The notes below the pieces were generated by a model. That model saw only the letters and a program-made list of their open reading frames with translations, searched no databases and was not told the origin of the DNA. The translations under genes were made by a program, and so were the position numbers. A DNA stretch of 64,000 nucleotides from Obrimoposthia wandeli (Eukaryota): the NCBI GenBank assembly GCA_977020255.1, contig CDROCS010000615.1:1-64000 (forward strand), given 5' to 3'. Below, piece after piece: positions 38,881 to 52,789 of this stretch (positions are counted from its first letter, which is position 1; every line of letters begins with the position of its first letter).

Positions 38881-39833
38881 CAACCAGATAATGACGCTAG
38901 AATTTTTGTTTTTCGATTGAGAAAATCCTATAAATCTCCAAGAAGAATGGGATGCGGCTTTAACAGAATTTTTTTTTTATTATTATCCTATTACTATCAG
39001 AAAAAGCTTACATATTTCGTTTACAAAAAAAAATATTGAAAAAACAAATGAAGTTGTGATCGGGTTTGATAGTAAAGGAAAATTCTATTACAATTGTATA
39101 GATAAAGAAGTGAAAGTAATATATGAAAATAACAAAGTCACATTTAAAAATCGATTAAAATTTATTCAAGTTATTCATTTGAATCTAAAAATGAAGCTCT
39201 TCAATTCAGTTTTGATAGTGAACAAACATTAGCTCGTAATATATGGGATATAGTCTCATCTAAATCGGTTAGAAATGTTCCTGGTAGAGTAGCAAGAGTG
39301 TTGTTACTTGAAACGAGAGTAAATGATATAGCTAAACTGAAAACTTTTCAAAAGATTATAAAATAGATAATGAAAATAATTTCAGTAAAAATTATACAGA
39401 AGGAATTCAGTGAATATTTGGATAAATGTGTAACATTAAAAAAATTGTAAATTGACGTTTACAGTAAAGAGCAATGTAAAACGGGTTTCATTTGATGATA
39501 AACTCGCTAAAATCCTCTGTTTAAACAGAAATACCTTTGAAACCCATACAATAAAAACCAATAAAATACAATGCTGTTAATCATTTATATATTTATACTA
39601 ATTTAATCGAACCAACGCTTGTAGGAGGACAACAAGTTCTACTTTTGAGAACAATATGGATATCTCAAAATCAAACTAAAGATGGAGACGTTATCGGTAT
39701 GCGTATAGATCAACCAATGTATCTTCCAGTTGCTCTATTTTCTATAAACAATATTGAAGTAAATATTAGAGATGATTCCGGACAACTAATAGATTTCACG
39801 TACAGAGCCAAGACAAGTTTAACAATACATTAA
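38881..39833 (+). pseudogene. Minor capsid (penton/PX-like) protein
   Basis: N-terminal DNDARIFVFRL-ENPINLQEEWDAALTEF. C-terminal YIYTNLIEPTLVGG..LLR...MYLPV...IEVNIRDDSG. Confidence 0.75.
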
Positions 39834-39866
39834 AGAAAGCAAAATAGAGAATCCGGCAATAATTGA

Positions 39867-40199
39867 AGCTTGTAGTCAAAGCCAACAAGGTGGAGAATTA
39901 GCATATTTTGTTGGCTTAGAACATTAAGTAGATTTACCTTTCCTCTTTTAAAGAGACTCAAGTGATTTGTATCAAATTTAGGACAGGAATACTTTTCATC
40001 TAAGGACAATAAACTAATACCAACTTTTAAGAAGGATGCACTTAATGAACTTGATGATGTTTTACCTGACGTTGCTAATTTGATTAGAAAATGTAAATCA
40101 AACGAAAGCCAAGAAGGTATTGGATTTGAAAGTAAAAAGAAGCAAAAAATTAATAAAAACAAACGTAAGAAAGTTGAAGGAACAATATTTGCAAAATGA
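39867..40199 (+). pseudogene. Polinton core/PZ-like basic protein
   Basis: QQGGELAYFVG motif and a basic C-terminus; lies between penton and MCP. Confidence 0.5.
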
Positions 40200-40985
40200 G
40201 TTGAGCCAAAACCGAATTGAGTATTTTTGATAAACCTATTTCGCAAGTAGATGTGGATAATGCTTCCTATGCTCAAAATGTTTTGATTGAAAGTCTATTG
40301 AATTATAGTACTGATACTCAAAATACTAATTTGATAAAACGGATGAAACTCGCAAAGAATAGATTTCAAAATCTAAAGCTTAGGAAATGTGTGGGTCTAT
40401 GAGATTGAACTTCTTTGAACAACCGAAATATTTAATTCCCGATGTCAATGTACATTTTCGTTTGAAACGTAATAAATGGAATTTTTCTTTGATAAGCACA
40501 TACGTTTTAAAACCTAGACTTGATAATTTGGATGCAAAACTATAAAATCGAAGAGTTAAAACCGAGCAATAAGTTTTAATGGCACATAATATAGGAATGA
40601 AAAAACAATGCTTGTTATCCTATTAGAGAAACTAAACTTATAACCTACTCTTTGGGTACAGGTTTTCAAGCTTTTAATAAGGATCAAATTTTTGGTGATG
40701 TAAGATTACCGAAATTCGTTTTAATTTCTTTTTCAAAAAACTGTAAAGTTTCTAGGAAATTATACGACAGATGGAACTCAATTTGACAATCTTAATGTAG
40801 GTTCAGTGACACTTTCAAGAAATACCGATTATCGCAAAACATATAAAACAGATTTCGAAGATAACGCTAATGCTCTGGCTTATACGCAATCTATTATTCG
40901 AAATTTGGGTCAACTAGAAATTAGATTCAATGCAGCTCTAACATATCCTACTACGGTGCTTATTTACGTAGTATTTGACACACTT
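40196..40985 (+). pseudogene. Major capsid protein, internally deleted
   Basis: KTELSIFDKPISQ, LIESLLNYSTD, FFEQPKYLIPDVNVHFRLKR and LGQLEIRFNAALTYPTTVLIYVVFD. Confidence 0.8.
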
Positions 40986-42677
40986 TCGGCCTTATATGGC
41001 CTCCCAGGTACTTCCTCACTCTGTGGGAGCACTATGAGATTTTCAATTTTAAAGGGTGTTAAAGGATGTTAAATGGGTTAATTAGTTTTTAGGTTGTTGG
41101 GGGTGGGTGAGATAGAAAAAACACGTATACGTTACTTTATATAATTCATAATATCATATATAGGGATTTAGTGGCAGTGGTATGGACAAATTGCGTACGG
41201 ACAAATTGATGGATTTTAGAAGGTAATGGTAAGCCAGGAATCGCAGGGACCTGCTCGAATTCGCTCTTGACAGAATTCACGTATCCCGTGCGCTTAATTT
41301 TCCAATTTCATTTCCTCACCTTGTCCACCGTACCATCCACCGCCAGTAAACTGCACTTGTGCAGTTGAAAGGTGTATACATGTCCCAGGACATGTATAGA
41401 TTTTTTTCACTCCACACACATGCACGGTTTTAAAGGACAGTGGTAGCCCCCCAGGGGGAGGAGGAGGGGGTGGATTAGACCGGACACATCCACATACTTG
41501 CGCTGCATAACAGACACACGAAAAACCATTAACTGAACGATATCCATTTTTAGTTTTAATCATCTTTCAATTGTTGTGAAATTATTTAAGAAACACACTG
41601 TAAGTAATGAAATGGACGGCACAGGAAACGATCTGATTTGAAACGATATGAAAACAACGAAAAAGACGAGTAGAATAATGATGAAAACATCACTAACTCG
41701 TACAATAATTTTCTGACGCCGGAGCGGGCTTAACGCTGCCTCTTAAGTGGCCCGATCAATTCAGAGATGAAAGAAACTTTTTATAGTCTATTCTAGAAAC
41801 TACATTTTGTTTAACATGGTTTATTTATTTTTAAGATTCATGTTTAATCTCTCTTTGTTAAAATTAGACAAGGTATAATGTGACTCGACATCAATTTTTA
41901 ATCAAACGAAAATGTAATGGAGGTTTTCTTTGTATGACCATGTTAACGTAAGCTTTTCTAAAAATGAACCTGCGCCTTATTATAATATCATATTGCAAAA
42001 CTAAGAAAAAGGATTCTGTAAAAATTACAGCAAAAGTAATTAAATAAAATGTACATTTAATTTTAAATCAATAAATACAATCAATAAAAATAATAAAAAT
42101 ATGTATTCTTCAATATTCTTCATATTAATTACATAAGTTAATAAAATTTAATTGACAATGAATCTGTGCTCAAACTGAAATTTATATTTAATCCATTTAA
42201 AATTTCTAGTATTTCCAAAATCAAAAGTGATTTTGAATGGATTAAATATAAACTTCAGTTTGAACATAAAATAAACTATATTAAAAGTTATAATATTGTG
42301 TAACTAAATGAAATGGTATAAAAGCAATTTGGCCTTCCAAATAATTAAAAAGTATTTTTATTATTAAATTCTTTTTAATTCATGTGCAAGAATTTAGAAT
42401 AACTTTTTTATTAATATAACCTAGATCCAGAATTCGATCCAGTTTCGTTTGAAATTTTGATTATTGGAGATCATTTAAATAAAATATATTTGTTCAATTT
42501 TGCTATTTTTTACAGTTATAATAAAATGATATTTACGAAACTGTTTAAAGTCGTGTCTTCTTTAATATTTAGATCTGCCCATTTGGAAGTGTTGTAATGT
42601 AAAGATTTTTGAGTTTGAAATCTTTATGATTAAAATAAACACTTAAACGTTTATCTAACATCATTAACCTCTTAAAG

Positions 42678-43870
42678 CAGTGTATTCCTAATTTTATGTT
42701 ACTACGACGCCCTTTAAGAAAGATCTAATCTCGGTCCCTCCCTCTTTATTTCATAAAATAATACGGACAAATTTTTAAATGATTAAATACTTATTAATCA
42801 AAAAATGAGAAAAACTTGTTTGACGAAATAATAACAAGGTTTTTCCATATATATTTCATATTAATTTTAATGCGATGGATGTACTTGTTTAATTGCAGAA
42901 AGTTTCTGACATTTTTATGTCATTGAGGAGTGCTACTCGTAGCTCTTTTTTCTACTACTAAACGATTTGATATTTGGATTCCATTGCAGTTAGTGCAGAA
43001 AACCGTGTTTCTCTTAAATACGATACTATGAATGACAGTAGTACTTTCTTTACTTTGCATTCTTCACTTCGATTTAACCAAAATTTTGTAGGGTTTCAAT
43101 CTGGAACTTTTATTTAAATGAAGTTTCGCATGATAATTCTATCATTTTGTTCTTTTTAATAGCTGTTATTCTAAATTCATCATCTTTTGCAATAATTGGA
43201 TTCTGCATTCACGCCAATTTTTAACCAAAATTTTGTAGGGTTTCAATCTGGAACTTTTATTTAAATGAAGTTTCGCATGATAATTCTATCATTTTGTTCT
43301 TTTTAATAGCTGTTATTCTAAATTCATCATCTTTTGCAATAATTGGATTCTGCATTCACGCCAATTTGGTAAAATCAAGGTCTTCGAAATAATGTGAAAG
43401 GTGCATTTACAAACCAGCCAAGTGTTATGTAAATAGATTTGTGTGTGCTTCAATATGTTCTGGTACAGAAATCATTTAAAAGATGTAACTTGTCGAACTT
43501 ATTTTTTGTAAATTTTATTTCTATAGCTTCAAATTTTTTATAAATGGTTTTACTTTGTCTTTTTGCACCAGAAAATGCATTTGTGGTCCTTGCATTGATG
43601 TATTCGAAGCACTCAATTTGCCAAAGATTTTAACCAAATATGCAAGTTAAACCATAAAGTTATCATTCCTAAACATATTTGCCTCATTATTATGATTTCC
43701 ATCGGAGACGCTGTAATCTCTTCTTTAAGTTCAAACATCCTTTGAATCCCTTTTGCACGAGATAGCCAGCGCACTTCACAATAGTATAGGAGTGAGGTAG
43801 GATTAGCTTCAATGTCTTCACATAGCTTTACAAACAACCTTTATTTTACGAAGTTTATAACTTTTGTATT
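42678..43870 (-). pseudogene. hAT (Buster-like) transposase remnant with CAGTG-type terminus
   Basis: LLYYCEVRWLSRAKGIQRMFELKEEI and SYLRETRFSALTAMESKYQNRL.VEKELRVAL. TIR-like CAGTGTATTCC at 42678. A ~147-bp internal duplication at 43074-43367. Confidence 0.85.
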
Positions 43871-45190
43871 CTTAAGAGACGGGTATCAAATATTTTCTAT
43901 CTTTAAAGTACTTGTATTTTAGCAAAATATATTATTTTTCTCCTAATTGTAATAATTTTAAAAATTCAAAATTGAAAAATGTTTATTTGAAAAAAAATAT
44001 ATTTATTTAATAAAGTTTTCCTTAACAAAAATATACGTACATTTTTTTTATTGATATACATTGTTTTGAAAACTATATTTTTGTTAAAATTTTTGTGCCT
44101 CCCTTTGCACTAGTCGCTGTCTTAAGGACTATTCTCAGAATTTTTTTTTCATGTTTCTTATATATTTTATTAAGAGTAAGTAAATAAGCTATTTACATGT
44201 TTAAATTTGTTTTTTATTCTAAATGGAATAAATTATGATATTCATTATATTTAAAAGTTGTTAATGTAAAAATTCTAATAAAAACATTGTTTCTAAATTT
44301 ATCGATGAACACAAAGTTTGACTTCAGTTTAAACAAAAGCTTTGGGAGAAAGTTACATTACAAAAGAAATTATGTTTTTACCTATATAATGTCCATCTAA
44401 GATGCAATTGGATGTTATTATCAAATGAACATTAAATTTGAACCTTTCTAGAAATAAGCGTTTGTACGCTATACTTATTTTTGTTCATGTTACACGGATA
44501 AAAATGTCCGCCTTGCAGGAGTTAATTGCTTAACTAGAAATATTTTCTTTAACTTCTTATATTTATAATAAAATTTTAATAATTTTAATTATACTTCATA
44601 TTTAAAAATTTTGTTATGTTAAAATACAATTTTTAAAAATTAAAAAAATATCTCTAAATATAATAACTTAATAATTATTATAAGTTAACAAAATAATTTT
44701 CAAAAAATCAAAAGTTGAATAATTTTATTCGGTAAATGCAATTTTTTTATTACTTATATTTTAAATTCTTTTAATGTTAATTTTCTTAAAAACCGCATAA
44801 TATGTTCACATTATTTTTATAAATATTGAAAAATACATTATAACTACTAAATAAATACTTAACCGTTATGAAAGTTTTTTTTAAATGTTTTACGGATATT
44901 TCGAAATATGGAGCTCAAACTTCCAATTGTCGTTAGAGGTTTAAGACATTTTAAAATCATTTCATTTTTAAAACAGTACAAACAAAAGAGACGAAAGATA
45001 AAATAATCGGTTTTTTTATTCTTGTCGGCCACAGTTCATTTAGTATTATTTAAATTCTTTAATTTAAAACAAAAATGTGTTCAATATTTATAATTAATTA
45101 TATTTATTAATTGTTATGGTTTTTTTAATGTCCGACATTATTTGAGTCATATCAAAATGCAGCGATCAGTGTCTCTCGTCCCCTTTCCAG

Positions 45191-45520
45191 GCCTGGTGAT
45201 CTCGGGTCCCGACCGCGTGGTGTTGGGCTCGCTGCTGCGGCTGCGCTGCCGTCTGCGGACTGGACGGCCAGTGCCAGTGGGGCGTGCCATCGTGTGGCAT
45301 CTTAACGGGACGCGACAGCGCACCTCCAGTCCGCGTGGGCCGCCCCATCGACCACATCGAGTTCTAATCAGCATGCGGGTGTTGCCTAATCACACGCTGC
45401 AGAGCCAGCTGGAGCTAGCTCCGGTCACCCCTGAGATCCGCGATCGATGGAGCTGCTCTGAGACTGACGGCGATAACCATGATCGCTTTCCACTATCGAC
45501 CGCATCGCTCTTCGTCCGAG
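45191..45520 (+). CDS. Immunoglobulin-like domain exon of a host-type gene
   Basis: TTTCCAG| and |GTACGT splice sites, 330 nt, phase 1-1. Reads LRC...IVWHLNG...SQLEL...WSC. Confidence 0.75.
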
Positions 45521-46983
45521 GTACGTGGATTAGTAGCCCATTTCTGCAGCTGTTATCATTGTTTAGGCCGGATGTTGAACCCTAATCTAAACCAGTTCAG
45601 AAAGTGACCCCGTACTGAACTCAAACAATGCACTTGTCTTCCTCCTCACCATATTTGTGGCACTACTCATCCTCTTGGAGCCCTATCCCGTTGCAATAAT
45701 TCATCGGCTTCAGCGAGTGTTCAAATTTTTTCTAGACTAACCGGTCACGTACATCATGCAAGTAACAATCGACGCCACCCACCGTCTGTTCTTCTTTCTG
45801 CAGCTCTATCAGAATACAGGACTAGGTTGTACTTGCCATTTCTCTTCTCATATTCTCTCTATCTCTCTATCTCTCTCTTTCTCTCGGTTCCTCATTTAAT
45901 CTGTTGTTGCTATTTAACCCCGCTCCTTCTTAAATAGATCCCGAGGGAGATTGTCTTAACAGGTTTCAGGCAAAATTCTGTTATGGACCACATGTCGCTT
46001 TCAAACCGTAATGCTGCATTAGTCTACAATCATCATCTTAAAACTAGAAGTCATTACAGAAAAATCGTTTTTATTAAATATTTATTCATAAAATTTACAA
46101 AATACAAGAACAAAGATAATGACAATAACGTCAAACGAGGTTATATAAAGTTACTATCCTCCGAAATAACTTGTATGTATTGCTCTACCAATAATGCCCA
46201 CCTTCCTTTGCATTGTCACTGGTGTCAAATTCGTCAGTGTCCTCCAAATGAGCCTATATTGATTGTCAGCAGTCTCATTTTGTTTCTTTTTATTTCCAGA
46301 CATGCAGTCCATTCCACCTAAACGTTTCACCAATAACTTTTATATCGCAATAGAAGAAGAAAATAAAACTTCAACTTTATGTGGCTCTCCTATCAAATTT
46401 GAATATTAATAAAAACATTCTTTAATAAAACGAATTCCTTTTGGTGATGACTTCAGTAAACTTGTTTAAAAATTTGCTATATTTAAATTATTAGGAAGGC
46501 AATTATTTTATTATTACTGTCCAAAAATATCGATTTGCCAAATCTTGCTCAACAATGTGCGAATCAAATCTGAATCTTTTATACCATTTACTGAGTCAGA
46601 TATCTCATTTGAATTAGTACTTTATCTAGAAAGCATTTCGATAAGTACTGTTGTAAAACCAGCAATGATTGGAGGTTTAAGTACACTATAATGGCGAAAA
46701 TAGAAAATCAAATATTAATTAGAACGCATTGTTTAATCCACCGTAAAGCACATAAGAAGAAAATGTAAAAAGTATCTTCGATGTTGTATTCAAAATAAAA
46801 AACTATGGCATCAGATATGAAAATTATGCATGAAATGGATTCAGCACATTTTAACTTGCTACGGCACACATAAATATGCTGGCCATCACGAGATGAAACC
46901 CTATCAAGAATTTATGAATTTGAAGAAAAATAACGGAATTTATATATATATGTAAACATAAAATCTTCTCGAATTTACGGGTA

Positions 46984-47400
46984 GGTTGATTAAAGGTAGT
47001 TTTCTCTACACATTCGTTGTTTTCTGAAAACTTCATTCAGAATCTGATTGTGTCTACTAAAAGCCATTGGGAATTTTTTTAAATATATTCTTCACACTAA
47101 ATACCAAACATTTACACGTTGTAAAACAAAAATCCACTAGTACAAATTGCACTGACTCACAAAATTAAACTTTAATATCGTCAAACAAAGCAAAATTAAC
47201 GTAACTGTAACACTACTGAAAATTCAAATAATGCCTGGCCATTATAAAGCCATATACACAAGGTTGATTAAAGGTAGTTTTCTCTACACATTCGTTGTTT
47301 TCTGAAATGTTCATTCAGAATCTGATTGTCTACTAAAAGCCATTGGGAATTTTTTAAAATATATTCTTCACACTAAATACCAAACATTTACACGTTGTAA
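46984..47400. repeat. ~140-bp direct duplication (46984 and 47262)
   Basis: GGTTGATTAAAGGTAGTTTTCTCTACAC...TTTACACGTTGTAA occurs twice. Confidence 0.9.
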
Positions 47401-47661
47401 TGAAATTATCAATGATATAAACTTAGAACAATAATCCAATGCAAATAAATAAATAAATTTATTTTATCCATAATCACAATAGTTTAAATTTCTTTAATTT
47501 TTACAGAGCTAGAATTAAAATCCAGCAGGTATTTGTTAAAAAGAAAATTAATGTACTCGTTGCTACAAGTTATTTAGCGTGTCAAAATTCTCAATTATTA
47601 TAGTAATAATTTATTGATCAATTAATTTCAATAATTTAATATATTTTTCAATGATTTTTTA

Positions 47662-47998
47662 GTATGATTTCAAGTGAAAATTTTGATAGACTAATTGACA
47701 ACGAATCATTGCTTTATATATACTAAATAAATATATTCAAAGTGAAATTAAGTATTGGTTAAGTTAAATTTATTAAAAATATTGTTTTAAGTTTGTAGTA
47801 TTATAAACTATATTTTTATTTGTGTTTATTTGGGTATGATTTCAAGTGAAAATTTTGATAGACTAATTGACAACGAATCATTGCTTTATATATACTAAAT
47901 AAATATATTCAAAGTGAAATTAAGTATTGGTTAAGTTAAATTTATTAAAAAGATTGTTTTAAGTTTGTAGTATTATAAACTATATTTTTATTTGTGTT
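47662..47998. repeat. ~172-bp tandem duplication
   Basis: GTATGATTTCAAGTGAAAATTTTGATAGAC...TTTGTGTTT occurs twice. Confidence 0.9.
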
Positions 47999-50520
47999 TT
48001 AAAAATGTGATTTTAAATAGGTTAAATTATATTTATATTTGTTAAATAAATAATTTTACAAAAATTAATTTGAACTTCTTTTTAAAAAAAACATCCGATA
48101 TATATAAGTTGCACTATATGACTGATTGCAGATGTCTAAATACAGACAATAGTTAAGAAAATCCGATCTGTCAAGTAGAATACAAAAACATATATTTGTA
48201 TAACTCGATATTTTGCTATTTCTCTTCATTTTCTTTCATTTGCAGTCTTTTTCTGCCGGGCTTGTCGCAGCTATATCCGTAAATTGGCACACATAATACC
48301 TACAAAAAGCTGATGAAATAACCTCTAAGCTCGCACTAATGGCCTTCGTGGCCCAAATTCAGGTCGTAAACTCTAATTGTTCAGTAAATGCGAATAAAAT
48401 CTGACTTAGCTATTATCATAATGAACTCAGCTTCGTACTAGTACAAATAAATCACATTAGACTACACCACTAAGTCATGATTAGGTTCAGTTATATTGAA
48501 TAGTTATATTTAAAAATTCCGAAAATTGTAGCCATATTTTACATTGAAAAGTAATTAGATAGTGATTACAATAATGCAATAATAAGTATAGAAAGTAGTA
48601 TAGGAAACACTTAATCAATATTGTCTAATTGATAGTTAATATATATTTATAATAAATTATTTCCATACAATATTTAAAATTCAGCTTTAAAATACATTTA
48701 TGATTATTTTTGGGTGTAAAAGCTGAGAAAGATTTCATAAACATAAATTAGGCAGATTATTGTCATTTCATGATAAAGTATATATTTGGGCCTTTAATGA
48801 GCAAGCAATTTTTCATAATGAAGACAAATTTACATATTATTGCCGCTCAAATTATGCAATATTTCTATTGAATTTAAAATATTTTTGAACTTTTTAAACT
48901 CAGCACTATAAAATATTATTTATAAACAAACTTCACTTACTTTAATTGAGTCACAACTTTATGTCTCATGGTTATTTTGCAATAACTGTAACTGAATATT
49001 TTAGATAGAAAGTTCCCAATGATTTTTGTACTTTGTCCCTTCTAATGAAATATGATATTATGTAGTCTTGAAACAAAAATTGATAACCTTTATGAGCATC
49101 ACAATTATTTGTAACATACACCTATTAACTTTCAATTGCTTCAACAACAATATTGACAATATGTACATCTACAAATATAAGTGTACTAAACACGAAATAA
49201 GTCGAAGAATGCAACCTAGATTGTAACTGTCCTGGTTTTATTAATCCACCAAGTAATACTTGGTAAAAAAATTATAAAATAATACCAGATTTCAATTCAT
49301 TTCTATGAAATTATCAGAAAAATCCTTTGACGACCAAACGTAGCGAGATATGAAACTTTTCCCAGGTTTACAGAATCTTTCCTATCTTTCTGCAACCGCA
49401 TGGAGTGGTTAGTTTTCTGCCACATCAAACCATGTATGGTAGATTTCATTCAACAGAAATAATAAGTTTCTCATATGATAATACTATAAACATAATGCAA
49501 AAAAGTGCAGAAAATAAAGATTTGATGTGCTGAAAAAAATGTCATGAGGATCAAAATCGAAAAAGTCCAATCCCATAAGCCCAATGAGTAAAAAATAAGA
49601 ATGCAATTTTTCCGCCCTCATAAGATATATATTAAATTATGAGATAGCTAAAGGATGAGGTCTGCCTGAATGCATATACCCACCAAGTTTCAGCTGACGA
49701 AGACTTAAAATGTAGTTGTACGATAAGATCTATATTCTAGACCAATCTATATCCCTAGAAAATTTTGACTCAAAAAAATCTATATCTTATCTACAATAAC
49801 CGACCTCTATGTCAAATATATACATTTAGCACTTTAATAAAACATAACAGTCACATGGATATCATATTCGGAATCCACAATACAACTTAACATACAAAAC
49901 TAATACTTCTATAACTGGAAATAATGCATATGCATAGGAGATATAGGAGATGTAGGAATTCATTGCAATGGAGATGCAGAAGCCAGAGTATCAGGACCTT
50001 CACTCATACCATGAAGTTTTTCAAACCTTCATTCAACTATTTTGTTTTGGCGATTAAAGAATTAAAACTTTCTTTGCAGATATTTTCTAACCTAAATTCC
50101 CGATAAAATTTAGCTATTTTTTTAACAATTTATGTAATGGCCACAAAAATTTAAATCGATTATATAATATATATTTATGTTATAAACTGTTATTAACTTA
50201 TATATGTATCACGCATGAAAAAATTAAATAGGGCCTTAAAAAATTAATATTGGAAAAATAAATATTTTACAATAACTGGGATTCAATGATTCAAGGATTC
50301 ATAGATAGAAAAAACAGGTAAGATATTAGGTAACTTAATAAAACTTAAGAATTAGATATAGGTTATACAACTGTTTATTAATTTATAAAATCAAACTTTC
50401 AATTGACAAAAAATGTGGCTCTGTGTGACTTTGTAAAACAACAGCCAGATATAATTGCTATATAATACAAATTGTTGTTTATAACCATCAAATCACATCT
50501 GAATAAAATGGGAATGACTA

Positions 50521-50699
50521 CAGTAATTATTCACCTGTAAGGGTATTCATTAAAACATGTTTTTGAGAGAGACCGACACCGAATCACTTATAGATGAATC
50601 ACTTATAGATGTCACCGGGCACCCTTATAGGTGAAGCGTGAAATTTTCGGTGACCGGACATCCTTATAGGTGGGACCCCTTATAGGTGAATAATTACTG
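50521..50699. mobile_element. Tc1/mariner-pogo-type MITE
   Basis: TIR CAGTAATTATTCACCT(G/A)TAAGGG at both ends, flanked by a TA target duplication. Confidence 0.85.
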
Positions 50700-51502
50700 T
50701 AGTATTCAGTCTAGTCGATTAAAATTATTTGATTTTAAACATAAGAAAGTTATTCTAAATGTTTATATAAATTATATTCTTTTTGAGTTATAGGCTGTGG
50801 ATTATATGAATCAAAGGTATTATATATAGAATCTTGAGCTATTATTTTTGTAGATATCATTCATAACTCAAGATTCTAACTTTTTATTCATATAACTCAC
50901 AGCTTAAAACTCGAAAAGAGGACAATATTCATATAAATATGTAAAGATTTTCGCAGAGAATACAAATACTTTTATGATAACAATATACAAATGTATTTTT
51001 CCATCAAACCTCCAGGAGTTCACTTACACTCTGGAAAAGCCGACAGTTTTCGAGCCCCGATGTTAGAAAAATTAACAAAACTACTTCCATAAAATTAATC
51101 AGCGCTTTCAGTAACATATATTTATGTAATAAATGAGGAATGAGAAAGAATACAACTATTTAAAAGCTAACGTACCAGTAATAGTTGCTTCATTCAAGAG
51201 TGCCAAACCATTTATTAAAGGTTGATCTTCATTGCAATTTGCATCCGCATGTCTCATCTCCTAGATTCTTCATATTCATGTTGAGGAATTAGAATGGATT
51301 TCTCCTCATTAAGAACAAATAAATTCAAAATGTTACTCTCTTCGTCACTTGTAAAATGAATTCCGTTATTTATTAGTTAAACAGCTGTCATAAGGAAAAT
51401 ACTATTGTTAAGAAAAAATATTTGATAAAAATCAGTTACTGACAATTTTAAGTGCAAGATTCAAATTTAGATATTCTTAGTTGTGTTATCAGGAGAAATA
51501 GA

Positions 51503-51575
51503 AGGTGAGATTGTTCAGTGGTTAAATGCGCGACTTGAAAGTAGTGACTCGGGGTCCAATTACCGATTGTGGAAA
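51503..51575 (+). other. Degenerate tRNA-derived (SINE-like) head
   Basis: A-box-like TGTTCAGTGG and B-box-like GGTCCAATT at tRNA-like spacing; stems poorly paired. Confidence 0.3.
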
Positions 51576-52789
51576 CTAATTTTCTCATTTACCTAATGAT
51601 TGAAAAGAAAGAAAGCCATACCAATAAAAGAAGACCCATTCAATTTGAATATATAATGTAATTAGGACTACCGTGACTTCTACTTATATATGTTGTTATT
51701 CATCTAACATATATGTTAAAGCCAATTGTCGCTGAATTGACTACAGAGTTACAGATCACCATCAATATCATATTTATCCCTTCTTTCTTTCTCTACCTTT
51801 CATTGAAGAAGGAAAATAAGGGAATCTACAGATTTTAATTAGGCTCAATTAATTTTTAATGACTTATCCAATTGCGAATTTGGCTATCACTCGATTCTCA
51901 GAAGGACTATACACGTAACTTAGCACTTTGGCGACATAATTCATCTTGAGACATAGTGTTTAGTATTACATCATTTGTGTAGTCGTCAATTAGCTCTGAT
52001 TTGTGAACATTCACATGTTTTTGTGATGAACTGTCAAATATGTGTAAATGTCAAAATGAGTTACTAACAAATATTACAGCTAAATTTCAAATTAGCATTC
52101 CTTGATGTTCTGTGTTCGATTACTGGTTAGAAAAAATTGTTATAGACTAGAATATAAGGAACTTTATTGAAAGTGGTGGTTGTTTATTCAATGCAGAAAA
52201 ATCATTATTATTTGAAATGCAAAAAATAGCTAAAACTCAGTAATAGGTTCAAAATTGGGTTCTCGGAAAAAGGATTTGATTATAAAAGTTGTTAATTAGC
52301 AATATTTCCTGATCCACATTCAGAAATATATTCCATAAATATTAATAGCATATACTGGGGAAATTTCAACAGAAAAATCACATACAAATAAAGAAAAATT
52401 GAACGATAGAAATAAATAATTATGGTTATTATACTTTGTTTTTGTTTTTATAGTAACTTAAGTATTACACAAATGCAGCTAAATTATTTGAAAACACGGA
52501 GCTTAGCAAACGTCAATTATAAACATCGAAGGCTTAAGAAATGAAATGTTTTTCTTCAGGAACGAAGTCAGTGTTCTACCACACAAGAAACAGAGAATTT
52601 ACACAATATTTTAATCTAGGCAACGATTCTCAGTACTGCCTAAGTATTCGAAAACTAATGGAAGCTATTGGAATAAATGATTTGTAGAAGAATGTATTCT
52701 CTTCATAGACTGTTCAGGAAATGTTAAAAAGTTACCTTGTTATATTACAAAAAGGACTTACCAGCAGTTCAACTTACAAATATACGACA

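Larger units (their letters stand above)
36709..41498 (+). mobile_element. 4.8-kb internally deleted Polinton with both TIRs
   Basis: Left AGTAAGTGGATGTGTCCGGTCTAATCCAC...ACTGTCCTTTAAAACCGTGCATGTGTGTGGAGTGAAA and its inverted copy ending at 41498 enclose TBP-like, ATPase, penton, core-like and MCP remnants. No TSD. Confidence 0.8.

Noticed and set aside
41715-41760. Twister-like TAACGCTGCC GC-rich patch
   Set aside because: No P4/L4 element or adequate P1 could be found.
49686-49720. Minimal hammerhead-like CTGACGAAGAC
   Set aside because: No downstream GAAA core or stems.
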